DNA of 64,000 nt from Methyloceanibacter sp. (GTDB lineage: Bacteria; Pseudomonadota; Alphaproteobacteria; Rhizobiales; Methyloligellaceae). Shown here one piece after another: positions 63,314-64,000 of the stretch (within the stretch, counting starts at the first letter, position 1; every line of letters begins with the position of its first letter). The position numbers were made by a program, and so were the translations under genes. The notes beneath the pieces were generated by a model. That model was not told the DNA's origin. It searched no databases and saw nothing but the letters and a program-made list of their open reading frames with translations. The stretch lies in contig NZ_JBPCOU010000052.1 of assembly GCF_050999895.1 (NCBI RefSeq), positions 20,021 to 84,020 on the forward strand. The letters run 5' to 3'.

Positions 63314-64000
63314 CTAGGTCGCGTCGTGGAAGATGATGCCGAGCGTATGGCGGCGGCCGCTCCTCACCTCGCTCACGCCGTGGCGCATGTTGACGCGATA
63401 GACACCGCGCGACCCTTCGACCGGGCGGTGATGCACGGCGAAAATCACAGCATCGCCCTGGCGGAGCGGCACGACGGCTGCGCGCGACTGCATGCGCGGT
63501 CGTTGTTCGGTCAGCACGAACTCGCCGCCGCTGAAGTCCTCGCCAGGCTCCGACAGCAGGATCGCCATTTGCAGCGGGAAGGCGTGCTCGCCGTAAAGAT
63601 CTTGGTGCAGGCAATTATACTCACCCGCTTCGTAGCGCAGCAGGAGCGGCGTGGGTCGGATCTGGCCGGCTTCGTGGCAGCGTTTCAGGAAATCGGAATG
63701 TTGCGCCGGATAATGCGTCGTGATGCCCATCGCCTCGTTCCAGCGGTTCGCGACGGGCGCGAGATGCGGGTAGGAGGCGGTCCGAAGCTTCCAGACGATA
63801 TCGGGCAGGGGATAGGCCAAATATTTGTACTCGCCGCGGCCAAAGCCATGCCGCGCCATGACGATGGTGCTGCGGAAGCGATGGTCGTCGTCATAGAGGG
63901 CGGAAATCGATTGCGCCTCCTCCTTGGTGAGAACGCAGTCGGCGGTCGCGTAACCCCTTGCGTCCAGCTCCGGGTGAAGGCCCTCCCAGGGGAGGTCCGC
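63314..64000 (-). CDS. 2OG-Fe(II) oxygenase family protein, 5' end outside window
   Basis: NCLHQDLYGE (HxD), SGGEFVL, RHGVSEVRSGRRHTLGIIFHD; frame stays open upstream of the first Met (63859) to the window edge (...YDDDHRFRSTIVMARHGFGRGEYKY). Confidence 0.7.
   Translation of the reverse strand, partial: ADLPWEGLHPELDARGYATADCVLTKEEAQSISALYDDDHRFRSTIVMARHGFGRGEYKYLAYPLPDIVWKLRTASYPHLAPVANRWNEAMGITTHYPAQHSDFLKRCHEAGQIRPTPLLLRYEAGEYNCLHQDLYGEHAFPLQMAILLSEPGEDFSGGEFVLTEQRPRMQSRAAVVPLRQGDAVIFAVHHRPVEGSRGVYRVNMRHGVSEVRSGRRHTLGIIFHDAT

Overview
GC-rich (~63-65%) chromosomal segment. Gene content (CckA, CtrA-type boxes, a GPR/RgsE-like polar-growth protein, GAAC-N7-GAAC LexA box, F1Fo zeta inhibitor) points to an alphaproteobacterium, probably Hyphomicrobiales/Rhizobiales. 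All product calls come from motif recognition by eye, with no searches run. The window is mostly housekeeping: the tail of a cbb operon (cbbX-rpe-gph), ccdA, thiD, an Mla/MCE-type lipid ABC system, recA, alaS, icd, rpsD, grxD-bolA, purLQSC, purB and a liv-type branched-chain amino-acid ABC operon. I found no rRNA, tRNA, CRISPR array, transposase or integrase. The parts worth a second look are: (1) an ECF sigma/anti-sigma locus flanked by three correctly oriented GGAAC-N16-CGT[T/C] promoter-like motifs, one overlapping a perfect CtrA box; (2) an orphan, terminator-bounded, G-tract-rich candidate sRNA; (3) several broken or truncated genes that all encode exported envelope proteins (a Spy/CpxP-like gene split over three frames, a shortened DUF302, a VanX/DdpX-like peptidase with a perfect 20-bp tandem duplication plus a frameshift, and a frameshifted third copy in an SH3 paralog array), while all long core genes are intact; (4) a 1190-aa membrane-anchored protein with strict 33/66-bp repeat periodicity. 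I did not recognise a clear-cut new multi-gene system such as a defence island. The ECF-centred locus is the best candidate for undescribed regulation.
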